Part shown: positions 25,333 through 35,050 of the stretch, in pieces
Layout of the letters: every line of letters begins with the position of its first letter
How positions within the stretch are numbered: the first letter of the stretch is position 1
Source: a virus
Taxonomy: Duplodnaviria > Caudoviricetes
Length of the DNA stretch: 50,870 nt
Direction: 5' to 3' (one strand)
Virus record (IMG/VR): IMGVR_UViG_3300031825_000017
Location: 1 to 50,870 of that record
Translations under genes and position numbers: made by a program
The notes under the pieces: model-generated
Told to the model about the DNA's origin: nothing
Seen by the model: only the letters and a program-made list of their open reading frames with translations
Database searches by the model: none

Positions 25333-25548
25333 ATGCAAACCATCATCATCTTCGGCCTGCTGGCCACGTTCCTCGCGCTGGTCATCGCGGTGAGCCTCGA
25401 GGCCATCGGCCGGCTGGGCGAGGACGATCTGGACGACGAAGACCTGCGGGGCTATGTCGACCAGGATGGGGAGAGCACGCCGGACCCATACGACCGCGAC
25501 GCCTGGCGGCACGCGAGCGTGAAGGTTCCGCGCGCCGAGGATTGCTGA
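25333..25548 (+). CDS. Small membrane-anchored protein
   Basis: AGGAG Shine-Dalgarno; N-terminal TM segment and acidic tail. Confidence 0.6.
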   Translation: MQTIIIFGLLATFLALVIAVSLEAIGRLGEDDLDDEDLRGYVDQDGESTPDPYDRDAWRHASVKVPRAEDC

Positions 25549-25745
25549 TGGCGTTGCCGAGCTACTGCTACCGCGACCCAGCCGAGGTCTACGAGCAAAA
25601 GGAAAGCCGGTCCTGCCGCGGCTGCGTCTACGAGAAGACCGCCCGGCTGATGGGCACAGAGCACACGGTGTGCACGAAGTTGCTGCCGAGCGGGAAGCGA
25701 AGGAATCACGGCAAGCGATGCCAGTTTTACGGGGAGAGGGTATGA
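25548..25745 (+). CDS. Small Cys-rich protein
   Basis: YRDPAEVYE..CRGC...C...C; overlaps the start of Q. Confidence 0.6.
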   Translation: MALPSYCYRDPAEVYEQKESRSCRGCVYEKTARLMGTEHTVCTKLLPSGKRRNHGKRCQFYGERV

Positions 25746-26356
25746 CCGAAGCGATTTTCAAGACCACGAGCCAGGCGCTGCATGTGTCCTACCTGGTGCT
25801 GTCCATGCCGCCGCGGCAGGGCGCGCCGTTCCGGAACATGCTGATCCGCTTGCTGGAGGATCTGGACGAGCGGACGCCCCGGCAGGATGTGTGGCTTCAG
25901 CAGCTGCGCGGCGAGGCCAGCGGCAGCGGCATCAACTTCGGCGGCCTGACGCCGGACGAGATCCGGGCCCAGTGCAGCATGATCACGGCGGCCGTGCGCG
26001 ACCGGCTGCCCGAACCCGAGCGCAACGTCATATGGGCGCGATACGCCTACCAGGTCGAGCGGGCTGCCGGCGTGCGCGGGCTGTCCAGCTACTACCGCAG
26101 CCTGATCGGTGTGGGCAACGATATGGGCATGCTCGCGCTGGTCTGGCGGCGGTATGCCGGCCGGGAGCGGGCGGACCAGGATTTCTCGTTCCGGCAGATC
26201 GCGGCCGAGTGCGGCGGGAGCAAGAGCACTTACGAGCGGGCGAACAAGGTGCTGGCCGCCCACCTGGTTGCGCTGGAGAAGCGGGCTGACGAGACGTTGA
26301 CCGCCAGTTTCCGGGCCCACGGGGTGATCGAAGATGATTCCTTACAGGCCGCTTGA
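25742..26356 (+). CDS. Probable late antiterminator (Q-like)
   Basis: Last delayed-early gene, C-terminal HTH (SFRQIAAECGGSKSTY), followed by a promoter and terminator. Confidence 0.6.
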   Translation: MTEAIFKTTSQALHVSYLVLSMPPRQGAPFRNMLIRLLEDLDERTPRQDVWLQQLRGEASGSGINFGGLTPDEIRAQCSMITAAVRDRLPEPERNVIWARYAYQVERAAGVRGLSSYYRSLIGVGNDMGMLALVWRRYAGRERADQDFSFRQIAAECGGSKSTYERANKVLAAHLVALEKRADETLTASFRAHGVIEDDSLQAA

Positions 26357-26381
26357 GTTTTTGGGACAGTTGGCATAGTAT
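26353..26381 (+). promoter_or_regulatory. Late promoter pR'-like
   Basis: TTGAGT-N17-TAGTAT directly after Q; a -10-like TAGAGT at 26399-26404 could be a sigma-dependent pause site. Confidence 0.6.
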
Positions 26382-26407
26382 TTCGCCAGACTCGCCACTA
26401 GAGTCAC

Positions 26408-26441
26408 AAAAGCCCGCATGGTTCGCCCGGCGGGCTTTTTC
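26408..26441 (+). terminator. tR'-like intrinsic terminator
   Basis: AAAAGCCCGC...GCGGGCTTTTT. Confidence 0.8.
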
Positions 26442-26536
26442 ATTGGAGTCCGCCATGTTCGCACCGCTCGCCGCCTGCCTCTGGTGGGGCGTCTGGGCGA
26501 GAGCATGCTGGCCCACGCCGCCCAAGGACCCCGAGC

Positions 26537-26833
26537 ATGGCCAAGATGATCCTCAAGGCAACGGAGATCGACTACAGCGACCTTGAGCGGTATGGGCGCG
26601 TGACCATCGAGTATGGTAGCGACGGCGCCCGCATCACGGTAGACGGCTTCGATTTCGCGGAGCCTGCCTTGTGCCGACAGCATGTGGCGAAGGCGATGTC
26701 CTGGGCGCGCGACGTGCTCGCAGTCGAGATCGAGGCCAACCGGATCATCCCCGGGGGCCATCTGGTTGGCGTTCTGGGCTTGGACCAGGATGGGCTGGAA
26801 GAAGAGAAAAAGTCGAGCATAGCCGACATTTAG
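26537..26833 (+). CDS. Hypothetical protein
   Basis: 98-aa ORF at the start of the late region. Confidence 0.55.
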   Translation: MAKMILKATEIDYSDLERYGRVTIEYGSDGARITVDGFDFAEPALCRQHVAKAMSWARDVLAVEIEANRIIPGGHLVGVLGLDQDGLEEEKKSSIADI

Positions 26834-27089
26834 AGCAGGCAACTGGTGCCGGACCCGTAACCGGCTTCCTCACGCATGGCGGTTGCAACAGGTGGCCCGC
26901 AGCGTTGGCGAAAGCAGACAGCGATGCCCGACCGCAGCCGCCAGTCGTGAGGGGAAATAAAAGCCGATGCGGGCCAGCGAATACGCGGCCTAAGCATGCC
27001 GAGATTGGCGCCGGCCCCTCACCCTGTAGCCCAGCGGCGCCATCAGCGTGCCAAATCCAGAATTTTGTGTCCCATCGGACACACAGCAT

Positions 27090-27164
27090 TGCGGCATGGC
27101 GCAGAGGTAGCGCAGCGGGTTCATACCCCGATGGTCCCTGGTTCGAATCCAGGTGCCGCAACCA
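27090..27164 (+). tRNA. tRNA-Met (CAT), initiator-like anticodon stem
   Basis: Acceptor TGCGGCA/TGCCGCA, D-stem GCGC/GCGC, anticodon arm GCGGG-TTCATAC-CCCGA, T-arm CCTGG-TTCGAAT-CCAGG, encoded ACCA. Confidence 0.9.
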
Positions 27165-27311
27165 GTCTCGATGACAGTCGAGGCCACCCCCGGCCGGCGG
27201 TGGGGACAATAACACCGGCAGCTGCTGACGTGACGTAAGCCAGTCTCCTCCCCGTTTGGGATCGCGGGTCCTTTCAGGCGACGGGCAGCAGCCCCTTTCA
27301 TGGGTTTCCGA

Positions 27312-27845
27312 ATGGCAAGAGCAAAAGATATCGACTGGGTCGCGGTCGAGGCGGCATATCGGGCCGGCACTGACCCGGTGACGGCGATCGCCGCAAAGCA
27401 CGGCATCAGCCACACCGCAGTGAATAAGAGGGCCAAAGCTCAGGGCTGGATTCGTAACCCTGGGACCGCCAAGCGGGCTATTGTCGAGGCGCATTTCAGC
27501 GGTTCCGGCGCTGCGGTGACTGGTGGAGTTTCACCCGAGGTTTCAGGTTTAACCCGTGAAACTATCCAGGATGCTGCCCGCCAGGACATCGATGACATGG
27601 AGCGCGGCCTGCGCATCCATCGCATGTGTCTGTTGAACCTGGAGGCTGGTGCCGAGAAGGCATCCGACCCGAGAGAAATCAAGATCATCGTCGAGGCGGC
27701 GAGCGCGGCCGTGGTGGCGATCCGGAAGATTCGAGGCCTCGACGCCCCGTCGTCTGCCGATACCAAAGACATCGATGCAGCAATCGAGGCAGAACTGGCG
27801 CAACTGGAGCGCAGCCGACAAGTTGGCACTCCTACAGACGCTTAA
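27312..27845 (+). CDS. terS: Terminase small subunit
   Basis: DWVAVEAAYRAG..IAAKHGISHTAVNKRAKAQGW HTH; upstream of TerL. Confidence 0.85.
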   Translation: MARAKDIDWVAVEAAYRAGTDPVTAIAAKHGISHTAVNKRAKAQGWIRNPGTAKRAIVEAHFSGSGAAVTGGVSPEVSGLTRETIQDAARQDIDDMERGLRIHRMCLLNLEAGAEKASDPREIKIIVEAASAAVVAIRKIRGLDAPSSADTKDIDAAIEAELAQLERSRQVGTPTDA

Positions 27846-29304
27846 GGCGCGTAACCGACTGAACTGGAAGCCGCTGCCCGGACCTCAGTCTCAGGCATAT
27901 GCTTGCCGAGCCGATATCCTGCTCTACGGTGGCGCAGCCGGCGGTGGTAAGACGGACTTGGCACTGGGAAAGGCTCTGACACAGCATCAGCGGTCCCTGA
28001 TCCTGCGGCGGGAGTTTCCCCAGCTCAAGGGCATCATCGACCGCGCGCAGCAGCTCTATAGTGAGTATGGCCGCTACGGCGATAAGGTCTGGCGGTGCGA
28101 GTTCGCCGGCAAGCGACGGCAGATCGAGTTCGGGTCGGTCCAGCATGATGACGACAAGAACAAGTTCCAGGGACGGCCCCACGACCTGAAGGTATTCGAC
28201 GAAGCAGCGAATTTTCTAGAATCACAAGTCGAGTTCATCGCCGGCTGGAATCGGAGCGAGGATCCAGATCAGCATTGCCAGGTTCTGTTGTGCTCGAACC
28301 CGCCAACTGATGCCACGGGGGACTGGCTGAACAGATGGTTTGCGCCTTGGCTCGACCCGATGCACCCGAATCCTGCGGCGCCTGGCGAATTGCGCTGGTT
28401 TGCCTCTCTGGAAGGCCAGCAGATCGAATGTGAGACCGGAGCCCCGTTCATTCTGGTGGATGGACGGCGCGTATATGACTTCAATCCGTCCAACGCCAAG
28501 AAGGTGGACATTATTCGGCCGCTGACGCGCACGTTTATTCCGGCGCGCGTGACGGACAACCCGTTCTATGCCGATTCCGGCTACGTGGCCAAGCTGCAAG
28601 CGATGCCCGAGCCGTTGCGCAGCAAGATGCTATATGGTGACTTCACAGCCGGTCGAGAGGATGACCCATGGCAGATTATCCCAACGGAATGGGTCCGGAT
28701 GGCGCAGCAACGTTGGCGAGGTCGCCCGCGGCCGGTTACGACAATGGACACACTCGGCGTCGATGTGGCGCGCGGCGGTAAGGACAAGACGATCTATACA
28801 CCGCGGCACGGCAACTGGATCGGCGAGCAGTTCAGTCTTCCCGGAAGCGCCACCCCCGACGGTTCGTCTGTGGCAGCGCAGGCGATTCGATTACGTGAAG
28901 AGCGTACGGCCGTCAATATCGATGTGATCGGGGTGGGAACCAGTCCGTACGACATCCTGAAAAGCACAATCTATGCATACGCCGTGCCGATGAATGGCTC
29001 CGAGAAGTCGGAAGCCAGAGATCGCACCGGCCAACTTGGGTTCGTGAACAAGCGCGCCGAGTGGTGGTGGAGCATGCGTGAAGCGCTGGATCCAGTGCAT
29101 GGCCAGGATCTGGCGTTACCTCCTGACAACGAACTGGCGGCGGACCTATGTGCGCCCCGCTGGAAGATGATGGCGCGCGGAATCCAGGTCGAGTCAAAAG
29201 AAGAGATCAAGAAACGGATCGGTCGCAGCCCAGACAAGGGTGATAGTGCGGTGTACGCGTTGCCGGATGATGGTCTTGCTATCTGGGCAAAGCTCGCAGG
29301 TTAA
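27775..29304 (+). CDS. terL: Terminase large subunit
   Basis: YGGAAGGGKT Walker A, FDEA Walker B, SNP motif, GVDVARGGKD nuclease and SPDKGDS. Confidence 0.95.
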   Translation: MQQSRQNWRNWSAADKLALLQTLKARNRLNWKPLPGPQSQAYACRADILLYGGAAGGGKTDLALGKALTQHQRSLILRREFPQLKGIIDRAQQLYSEYGRYGDKVWRCEFAGKRRQIEFGSVQHDDDKNKFQGRPHDLKVFDEAANFLESQVEFIAGWNRSEDPDQHCQVLLCSNPPTDATGDWLNRWFAPWLDPMHPNPAAPGELRWFASLEGQQIECETGAPFILVDGRRVYDFNPSNAKKVDIIRPLTRTFIPARVTDNPFYADSGYVAKLQAMPEPLRSKMLYGDFTAGREDDPWQIIPTEWVRMAQQRWRGRPRPVTTMDTLGVDVARGGKDKTIYTPRHGNWIGEQFSLPGSATPDGSSVAAQAIRLREERTAVNIDVIGVGTSPYDILKSTIYAYAVPMNGSEKSEARDRTGQLGFVNKRAEWWWSMREALDPVHGQDLALPPDNELAADLCAPRWKMMARGIQVESKEEIKKRIGRSPDKGDSAVYALPDDGLAIWAKLAG

Positions 29305-29320
29305 ACAGGATTCTCGACAT

Positions 29321-30754
29321 ATGAGCCGGAAGAAAGGGAATCCAGCACGCCATCAGCCGGCGACTCGCACGAATGACAGCTTCGCGAATTTCCAGGCTCG
29401 GTTAGGCTGGGGGGCGGACAATCTGTCGTCTGGCTCGCAGTACACGCTGAGCTACCAGAGCCGGAACCGGATCTGGCTGGAAGCGGCGTACCGCGGCAGT
29501 TGGATCGTTGCCAAGGCAGTTGATGCCATCCCGGAAGATATGACACGGGCTGGCATTGAGATGTCTGGACTCGACCCAAGCGATATCAGCCGTATCGAGC
29601 GGGACTTTAGCCGGCTGGCGCTGTGGGATGCGCTTTGCGACAACGGCAAGTGGGCGCGCTTGTATGGCGGCGCCGTCGCCGTGATGCTGATCGACGGTCA
29701 GGATCCCAGCACCCCGCTGCGCGTCGAGACTGTGGGCAGGAACCAGTTCAAGGGCCTGCTCGTACTGGACCGCTGGATGATCTCGCCGCCGGTGGGCGAG
29801 CTGGTGCGAGAGTACGGTCCCGATCTCGGCAAGCCGGTCTACTACGACGTGATGCCTGGCGCCCAGGCGTTGGCTGGCGCGCGCATCCACTACACCCGCG
29901 TGCTGCGGATGGAAGGCGCCGACCTGCCGTACTACCAGCGTGTCAGTGAGAACGGTTGGGGACTATCTATCCTGGAACCGCTCTGGGATCGGCTGGTGGC
30001 TTTCGACAGTGCCAGCGTCGGTGCGGGCCAACTGATCTACAAGGCTCACCTGCGCACCATGAGCGTGGAAGGCTTCCGCGACATCGTGGCCCAGGGCGGC
30101 CCGGCACTCGCCGGTCTGGAAGCCATGATGGAGTTCACGCGGCAGGCGCAGAGCAATGAGGGCATGACCGTCCTCGATGCAAAGGACAAGTTCGAGGCGC
30201 ATCAATACACCTTCAGCGGGCTATCGGACATGCTGATTCAATTCGCCCAGCAGTTGTCGGGCGCGACCGGCATTCCGATGGTGCGGCTATTCGGCCAGTC
30301 GCCGGCGGGCCTGAATGCCACCGGTGAAGGTGACATGAAGCAGTACCACGAGAACATCAAGCAGCAGCAGGAACGGCGCCTGCGCAACCCGTTGTACCGG
30401 CTGCTGTCCGTGATGTCTATGTCGACGCTTGGCCAGCCACTGCCCGACGAATTCCAGTCCGAATTCCGTTCGCTGCAGGAAATGTCAGAGACGGAGAAGG
30501 CGGACATCGCCGTGAAGAAGACCACGGCCGTGACGGAAGCGCTCGATGCTGGCCTGATCGACCATGCGACCGGCATGAAGGAGTTGAAGGCATCGGCGCC
30601 GGTGACGGGGCTGTTCGGCAATATCAGTGACGACGATATCGCAACGGCCGAGGAAGATGAGCCGCCAGCGCCAGAGTTGGACCTTCCTGCGCTGTCAGGC
30701 GCTGTGCCGTCAGCGACGAAGGATTCGATCCTGAAACGGCTCTGGAGGAGATGA
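29321..30754 (+). CDS. Portal protein (DUF1073 family)
   Basis: VDAIPEDMTRAG, WARLYGG and IPMVRLFGQSPAGLNATGEGD; follows TerL. Confidence 0.88.
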   Translation: MSRKKGNPARHQPATRTNDSFANFQARLGWGADNLSSGSQYTLSYQSRNRIWLEAAYRGSWIVAKAVDAIPEDMTRAGIEMSGLDPSDISRIERDFSRLALWDALCDNGKWARLYGGAVAVMLIDGQDPSTPLRVETVGRNQFKGLLVLDRWMISPPVGELVREYGPDLGKPVYYDVMPGAQALAGARIHYTRVLRMEGADLPYYQRVSENGWGLSILEPLWDRLVAFDSASVGAGQLIYKAHLRTMSVEGFRDIVAQGGPALAGLEAMMEFTRQAQSNEGMTVLDAKDKFEAHQYTFSGLSDMLIQFAQQLSGATGIPMVRLFGQSPAGLNATGEGDMKQYHENIKQQQERRLRNPLYRLLSVMSMSTLGQPLPDEFQSEFRSLQEMSETEKADIAVKKTTAVTEALDAGLIDHATGMKELKASAPVTGLFGNISDDDIATAEEDEPPAPELDLPALSGAVPSATKDSILKRLWRR

Positions 30755-30755
30755 C

Positions 30756-30977
30756 ATGCCACGCATCCCGGAATTCACTAGCATTCCCGCGCCGCCTATG
30801 CCGGGATGCCGTGAGCCCAATCCATTTGTGACAGAAGGTGCCGCTATTGGCTATGCTGCCGAGCGCCTCAGGAAATGCATCGATGACGTTCACGCGCGCG
30901 ACGCATTGCGATCAGTTCGATATTTCCTTGAGATCGCCGAGGCACGACTGCTCGATGGCGCCAATAAAGACCAATGA
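30756..30977 (+). CDS. Hypothetical protein inserted between portal and minor head gene
   Basis: GGAG Shine-Dalgarno; ATGA overlap. Confidence 0.55.
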   Translation: MPRIPEFTSIPAPPMPGCREPNPFVTEGAAIGYAAERLRKCIDDVHARDALRSVRYFLEIAEARLLDGANKDQ

Positions 30978-31714
30978 GTTTCACGCTAGATCGCAGGCGT
31001 CGTGGCAACCCAGTCAAGACGCGGCCGGCCGAGCGCCGGTATGCCGGCCAACTTCGGAAGATCGCCGAGCATTGCGGCACGGTCATTAACGGCTTTCCGC
31101 CGGGAGATCAGGGCGCAGCGGCAACCATCACCCAACTTCTGGACGCCTACGCGGCAATGCTGCAGCCGTGGGCTGTGCAGACCGCCAGCAACATGCTGAT
31201 GGACGTGGCGCTGCGGGACGAGCGTACGTGGAAGGAATACGCCAAGGACCTGTCCCGCGGGCTGCGCGAGGAGATTCGAAGGACACCCACTGGCGTGGTC
31301 ATGCAGCAGTTGTTGTCCGAACAGGTCGGGCTGATCCAGAGCATCCCCCGGGACGCGGCAGAGCGAGTCCATCGGCTGACGCTGGCCGGCATCGAAGATT
31401 CGACCCGGGCGAGCGAGATCGCCAAGGAAATCATGCGGTCTGGTGAGGTGGCCAAGAGCCGAGCTGTTCTGATCGCCAGGACGGAGGTGTCGCGGACGGC
31501 CTCAACGCTGACGGAAGCACGCGCACTGCATATCGGTTCGCCCGGCTATTTTTGGCGCACATCAGATGACATCGATGTGCGCCACTCTCATCGAGAAATG
31601 GAAGGGAAATTCGTCCGGTGGGACACGCCGCCGACGCTGGATGGCATGACCGGCCATGCCGGGTGCTTTCCGAACTGCCGGTGCTATCCCGAGCCGGTGA
31701 TACCGGATGAATGA
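30974..31714 (+). CDS. Minor head protein (SPP1 gp7/Mu gpF family)
   Basis: RAVLIARTE, WRTSDD.DVRHSH and PNCRC. Confidence 0.9.
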   Translation: MSFTLDRRRRGNPVKTRPAERRYAGQLRKIAEHCGTVINGFPPGDQGAAATITQLLDAYAAMLQPWAVQTASNMLMDVALRDERTWKEYAKDLSRGLREEIRRTPTGVVMQQLLSEQVGLIQSIPRDAAERVHRLTLAGIEDSTRASEIAKEIMRSGEVAKSRAVLIARTEVSRTASTLTEARALHIGSPGYFWRTSDDIDVRHSHREMEGKFVRWDTPPTLDGMTGHAGCFPNCRCYPEPVIPDE

Positions 31715-31759
31715 AGCGCCATCGTCAGACTGGCATAGCAAGCTCGATCCCCCAAAAAC

Positions 31760-31782
31760 AGCCCGCCTCGCGCGGGCTTTTT
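31760..31782 (+). terminator. Intrinsic terminator-like hairpin
   Basis: AGCCCGC-CTCGC-GCGGGCT-TTTT. Confidence 0.65.
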
Positions 31783-31794
31783 CATGCCCATTCC

Positions 31795-33150
31795 ATGCGC
31801 CTGTACACCGTAGAGAAGCTTGGCCCCAAGCAGGCCCTGACGCCGGAGGGCTTCCTCGTCTGCTACGACGTTCCGGTCGCGCGCGTCGGCGTGATGGATT
31901 ACCACGAGTTGGAACTGCCGGATCTGGAAGCCAAGGACGGCGTGATCCAGGTCGAGCGGACCGAAGACGTCGTATTCAGCCCTGAAACGATTGCCAGCTT
32001 CGTCGGCAAGCCGGTGACGATCGACCATCCGTTCGAACCCGTCACGCCGTCGAACTGGCTGGCGTTCGCGAAGGGCAACGCCATGAATGTGCGCCGTGGC
32101 GAAGGCGACCAGAGCAACCTGCTGCTGGCTGACCTGTTGATAACGGACAGGGTTGCCATCGACAAGGTGCGCGGAAAGGACCTGACCGAAGTCAGCTGTG
32201 GCTACGACAGCCAATACGAGCAAATCGCGCCTGGGCGGGCGCGGCAGGCGACCGTAGTGGGAAACCACGTGGCGCTTGTGAAGAACGCCCGCTGTGGCCC
32301 CGTCTGCACGATTGGGGACAGTTTCAAGAACCTCTCGGGAGAAAACCCCATGGCAGCAAAGAAAGGCGCCAAGTCCGTTTCGGACTTGCTGCGCAAGATG
32401 TTCATGACCCGCGACTCGGAGGGCTTCGAGAAGGCGCTTTCCGAGGTCAACGACGAAGATCTCGGTGGCGAAGGCAAGGAAATCCACATCCATGTCGGTG
32501 CGCCGGCGGCACCGGGTGCTGGTGTCGCGGACAAGACCAAGGACGCCGACGATCCGGACGAGCTGGCAGCCGGACCGCTGGCCGAGCTGACTGCGGCCGT
32601 AAAGGGCTTGGCCGAGACCGTCACGGGGATCGGTGAGCGCGTCGCCAAGCTGGAGGCTGGCAAGACCGCGGACGCCGACCCGGACGACGATCCGGGCGCG
32701 GACCCCGACGGCGAGACGACCGATGCGGACCCCGACGGCGACCCGGACAAATCCATGACCGCCGACTCGGCCACGTTCCGCGGGGAATTCCAGGACACCA
32801 TGTCGCGCGCCGAGATCCTCGCCCCGGGCATCAAGCTGCCGACCTACGACAAGAAGGCAGCGCCCAAGAAGACGTCCGACTCGCTGTGCGTCTTGCGCCG
32901 GCGTGCGCTGCGTGCCGCGGGCGAGAACGATAACGCCGAGATCGTTCAGTCGCTGATGGCAGGTGCCGATCTCACGAAGATGACCTGCGATGCGGTGAAG
33001 ACCACCTTCGTGGCCGCCTCCGAAGTCATCAAGCAAAAGAACATGCTCGCCGACAAGGCAAAGCATCAGCAGACCCATGACAGCGGTGGCACGAGCTGGG
33101 CGGAAACCCAGAACAAGCGCAACGCCGATTTCTGGGCCAACCGTAAGTAA
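31795..33150 (+). CDS. DUF2213 prohead protease/scaffold; probable nested scaffold start at 32350
   Basis: TPEGFL, VTIDHP, EVSCGYD, NHVALV..ARCG; internal GGGAGA-N6-ATG. Confidence 0.85.
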   Translation: MRLYTVEKLGPKQALTPEGFLVCYDVPVARVGVMDYHELELPDLEAKDGVIQVERTEDVVFSPETIASFVGKPVTIDHPFEPVTPSNWLAFAKGNAMNVRRGEGDQSNLLLADLLITDRVAIDKVRGKDLTEVSCGYDSQYEQIAPGRARQATVVGNHVALVKNARCGPVCTIGDSFKNLSGENPMAAKKGAKSVSDLLRKMFMTRDSEGFEKALSEVNDEDLGGEGKEIHIHVGAPAAPGAGVADKTKDADDPDELAAGPLAELTAAVKGLAETVTGIGERVAKLEAGKTADADPDDDPGADPDGETTDADPDGDPDKSMTADSATFRGEFQDTMSRAEILAPGIKLPTYDKKAAPKKTSDSLCVLRRRALRAAGENDNAEIVQSLMAGADLTKMTCDAVKTTFVAASEVIKQKNMLADKAKHQQTHDSGGTSWAETQNKRNADFWANRK

Positions 33151-33159
33151 GGAGCCGAC

Positions 33160-33666
33160 ATGCCCGCATTGAACGTCTTCCAATACCGCATGCCGGCGGG
33201 TTTCGCCGGCGACCTGCAGCGCGCCGAGGTGGCCACCATCGAGACGCAGCTGATCGACCCGGCCGCCGCACCGGGCGCCTTCGGGGTGCCCGTGAAGCTG
33301 GTGTCTGGCAAGATCCAGCCGATCAACAATGCCGCCGACACCGCGGCCCTCGTGCAGGGCGTGAACCTGCGTGCTTACCCCATCCAGGGCAATGGGACCG
33401 ACCCGCTCGGCACCTCGACCCCGCCGGCGTCCGGCGTCGTGGACATCCTCAAGCGCGGCTACGTCATGGTCTCGCTGGGCGGAACGGCCGATGCCACCAA
33501 GGGCGGTACCGTCTACGTGCGCGTCGCCGGCGCGGCGGCGGGCAAGCCGCTGGGTGGCTTCGAGGCCGCCGCGGACAGCACCAATACCGTGGCGATGCCC
33601 GGCAACTGGTACTTCACCGGTCCGAAGGACGCATACGGCGTGGTCGAGCTGGCCGTCAACATCTAA
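33160..33666 (+). CDS. Capsid cement/decoration protein
   Basis: Position before the MCP; KGGTVYVRV motif. Confidence 0.75.
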   Translation: MPALNVFQYRMPAGFAGDLQRAEVATIETQLIDPAAAPGAFGVPVKLVSGKIQPINNAADTAALVQGVNLRAYPIQGNGTDPLGTSTPPASGVVDILKRGYVMVSLGGTADATKGGTVYVRVAGAAAGKPLGGFEAAADSTNTVAMPGNWYFTGPKDAYGVVELAVNI

Positions 33667-33729
33667 CCTGGCGCCCACTGCGCAAACAGCCCCGCTTCGG
33701 CGGGGCTTCCCATTTCAGGAGCCATCCAA

Positions 33730-34797
33730 ATGGATATGTCCGTTCAGAAGCACCTCCATCGCCGGGCCGTGGCCGCCGCATCGCAGCACCTGGTGCGCCA
33801 CTTCACCCGCGATCAGCAATTCACCTACGACCAGGCCACCGTCGATTCGACCGGCGCCTTCCTGGTCGGCCAACTCGAGCGCCTGGACCAAACGCTCAAT
33901 GAGCCGCTGGTCGAGTACACCTGGTCGCGTGACATCGATCTGCGCACCGACGTGTCGGCTGCCGATGAAATCGCGTCGTTCACGAACTCCACCTTCGCAT
34001 CGTCGGGCGGCATCACCCCGGGCGGCCTCAACTGGATCAGCAACGAGGGCAATGCCATCGCTGGTCCGTCCGTGGACATCGGCAAGACCGGCCAGCCCAT
34101 GCGCCTCTGGGGTAGCGAGGTCAAGTACACGGTACCCGAACTGGTGAAGTCCCAGAAGCTGGGCCTGCCCATCGACGCGCAGAAGGTCGAGGGGATGAAC
34201 CTCAAGCGCAACATGGACATCGACCAGATCGTCTACATCGGCGATCCGGCGCTGTCGTTCACAGGTCTGGTCAACTCGTCTTCCGCAGTCGGCAGCGTCA
34301 GCAACGTGCCCAATGGCACTGCCGGCACGCCGCAGTGGACCACCAAGACGCCGAACGAGATCCTGAAGGACGTCAACGATCTGTTTACCGCTGCCTGGGC
34401 CGCCTCCGGCTGGAAGGTGATGCCGAATCGCCTGATGCTGCCGCCGGCGCAGTATGGCTACCTGGCCGCCACGATCGTCAGCTCGGCCGGCAATCAGTCG
34501 ATTCTGACCTACCTGCTGGAAAACAACATCAGCACCCGCAGCGGCACCAAGCTGGAAATCCTGCCGCTGAAGTGGCTGATCGGCATGGGCGCCGGCGGCA
34601 CGCAAGGCCAGCTCGGCACGGTCGATCGCATGGTCGCGTACAACAAGGACAAGAAGTATGTCCAGTACCCGATGACCGAGCTGCAGCGCACGCCGCTGGA
34701 ATACCGTTCGCTCTTCCAGATCTGCACTTATTGGTCCCGTCTGGGCCAGGTCGAATTCCGCTACGGCGTCACGCTGGCCTATCGCGACGGCCTGTAA
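33730..34797 (+). CDS. Major capsid protein (DUF2184 family)
   Basis: GAFLVGQLERLD, YIGD...TGLVN and DRMVAY; 355 aa. Confidence 0.9.
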   Translation: MDMSVQKHLHRRAVAAASQHLVRHFTRDQQFTYDQATVDSTGAFLVGQLERLDQTLNEPLVEYTWSRDIDLRTDVSAADEIASFTNSTFASSGGITPGGLNWISNEGNAIAGPSVDIGKTGQPMRLWGSEVKYTVPELVKSQKLGLPIDAQKVEGMNLKRNMDIDQIVYIGDPALSFTGLVNSSSAVGSVSNVPNGTAGTPQWTTKTPNEILKDVNDLFTAAWAASGWKVMPNRLMLPPAQYGYLAATIVSSAGNQSILTYLLENNISTRSGTKLEILPLKWLIGMGAGGTQGQLGTVDRMVAYNKDKKYVQYPMTELQRTPLEYRSLFQICTYWSRLGQVEFRYGVTLAYRDGL

Positions 34798-34812
34798 GCG
34801 AGGAGGGGCAGG

Positions 34813-35010
34813 ATGGCAATGCTCAACATCATCGAGCCCTTCACCATCACCCTGGAAAACGGCAGCCCTCGCGAGTTTGCTGCCGGCATCCAGGAGGTGC
34901 CAGATGAATTGGCATCGCACTGGTATGTGAAGGTGCATTGTGCCGAAGTACCTGCTGAAGAAAGCGCTGAATCGGTAAAGTCCAGTCAGCGCAAGCTACA
35001 GCAGAAGTGA
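34813..35010 (+). CDS. Small head-associated protein
   Basis: Post-MCP ORF; AGIQEVPDELASHWYVK. Confidence 0.65.
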   Translation: MAMLNIIEPFTITLENGSPREFAAGIQEVPDELASHWYVKVHCAEVPAEESAESVKSSQRKLQQK

Positions 35011-35050
35011 GGGGGTATGATGCCTCGCATGGGGCATCATCCTTCAGCCT

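Noticed and set aside
29321-30754. Anti-CBASS Acb1 label sometimes attached to DUF1073 proteins
   Set aside because: Size and position directly after TerL indicate the portal.
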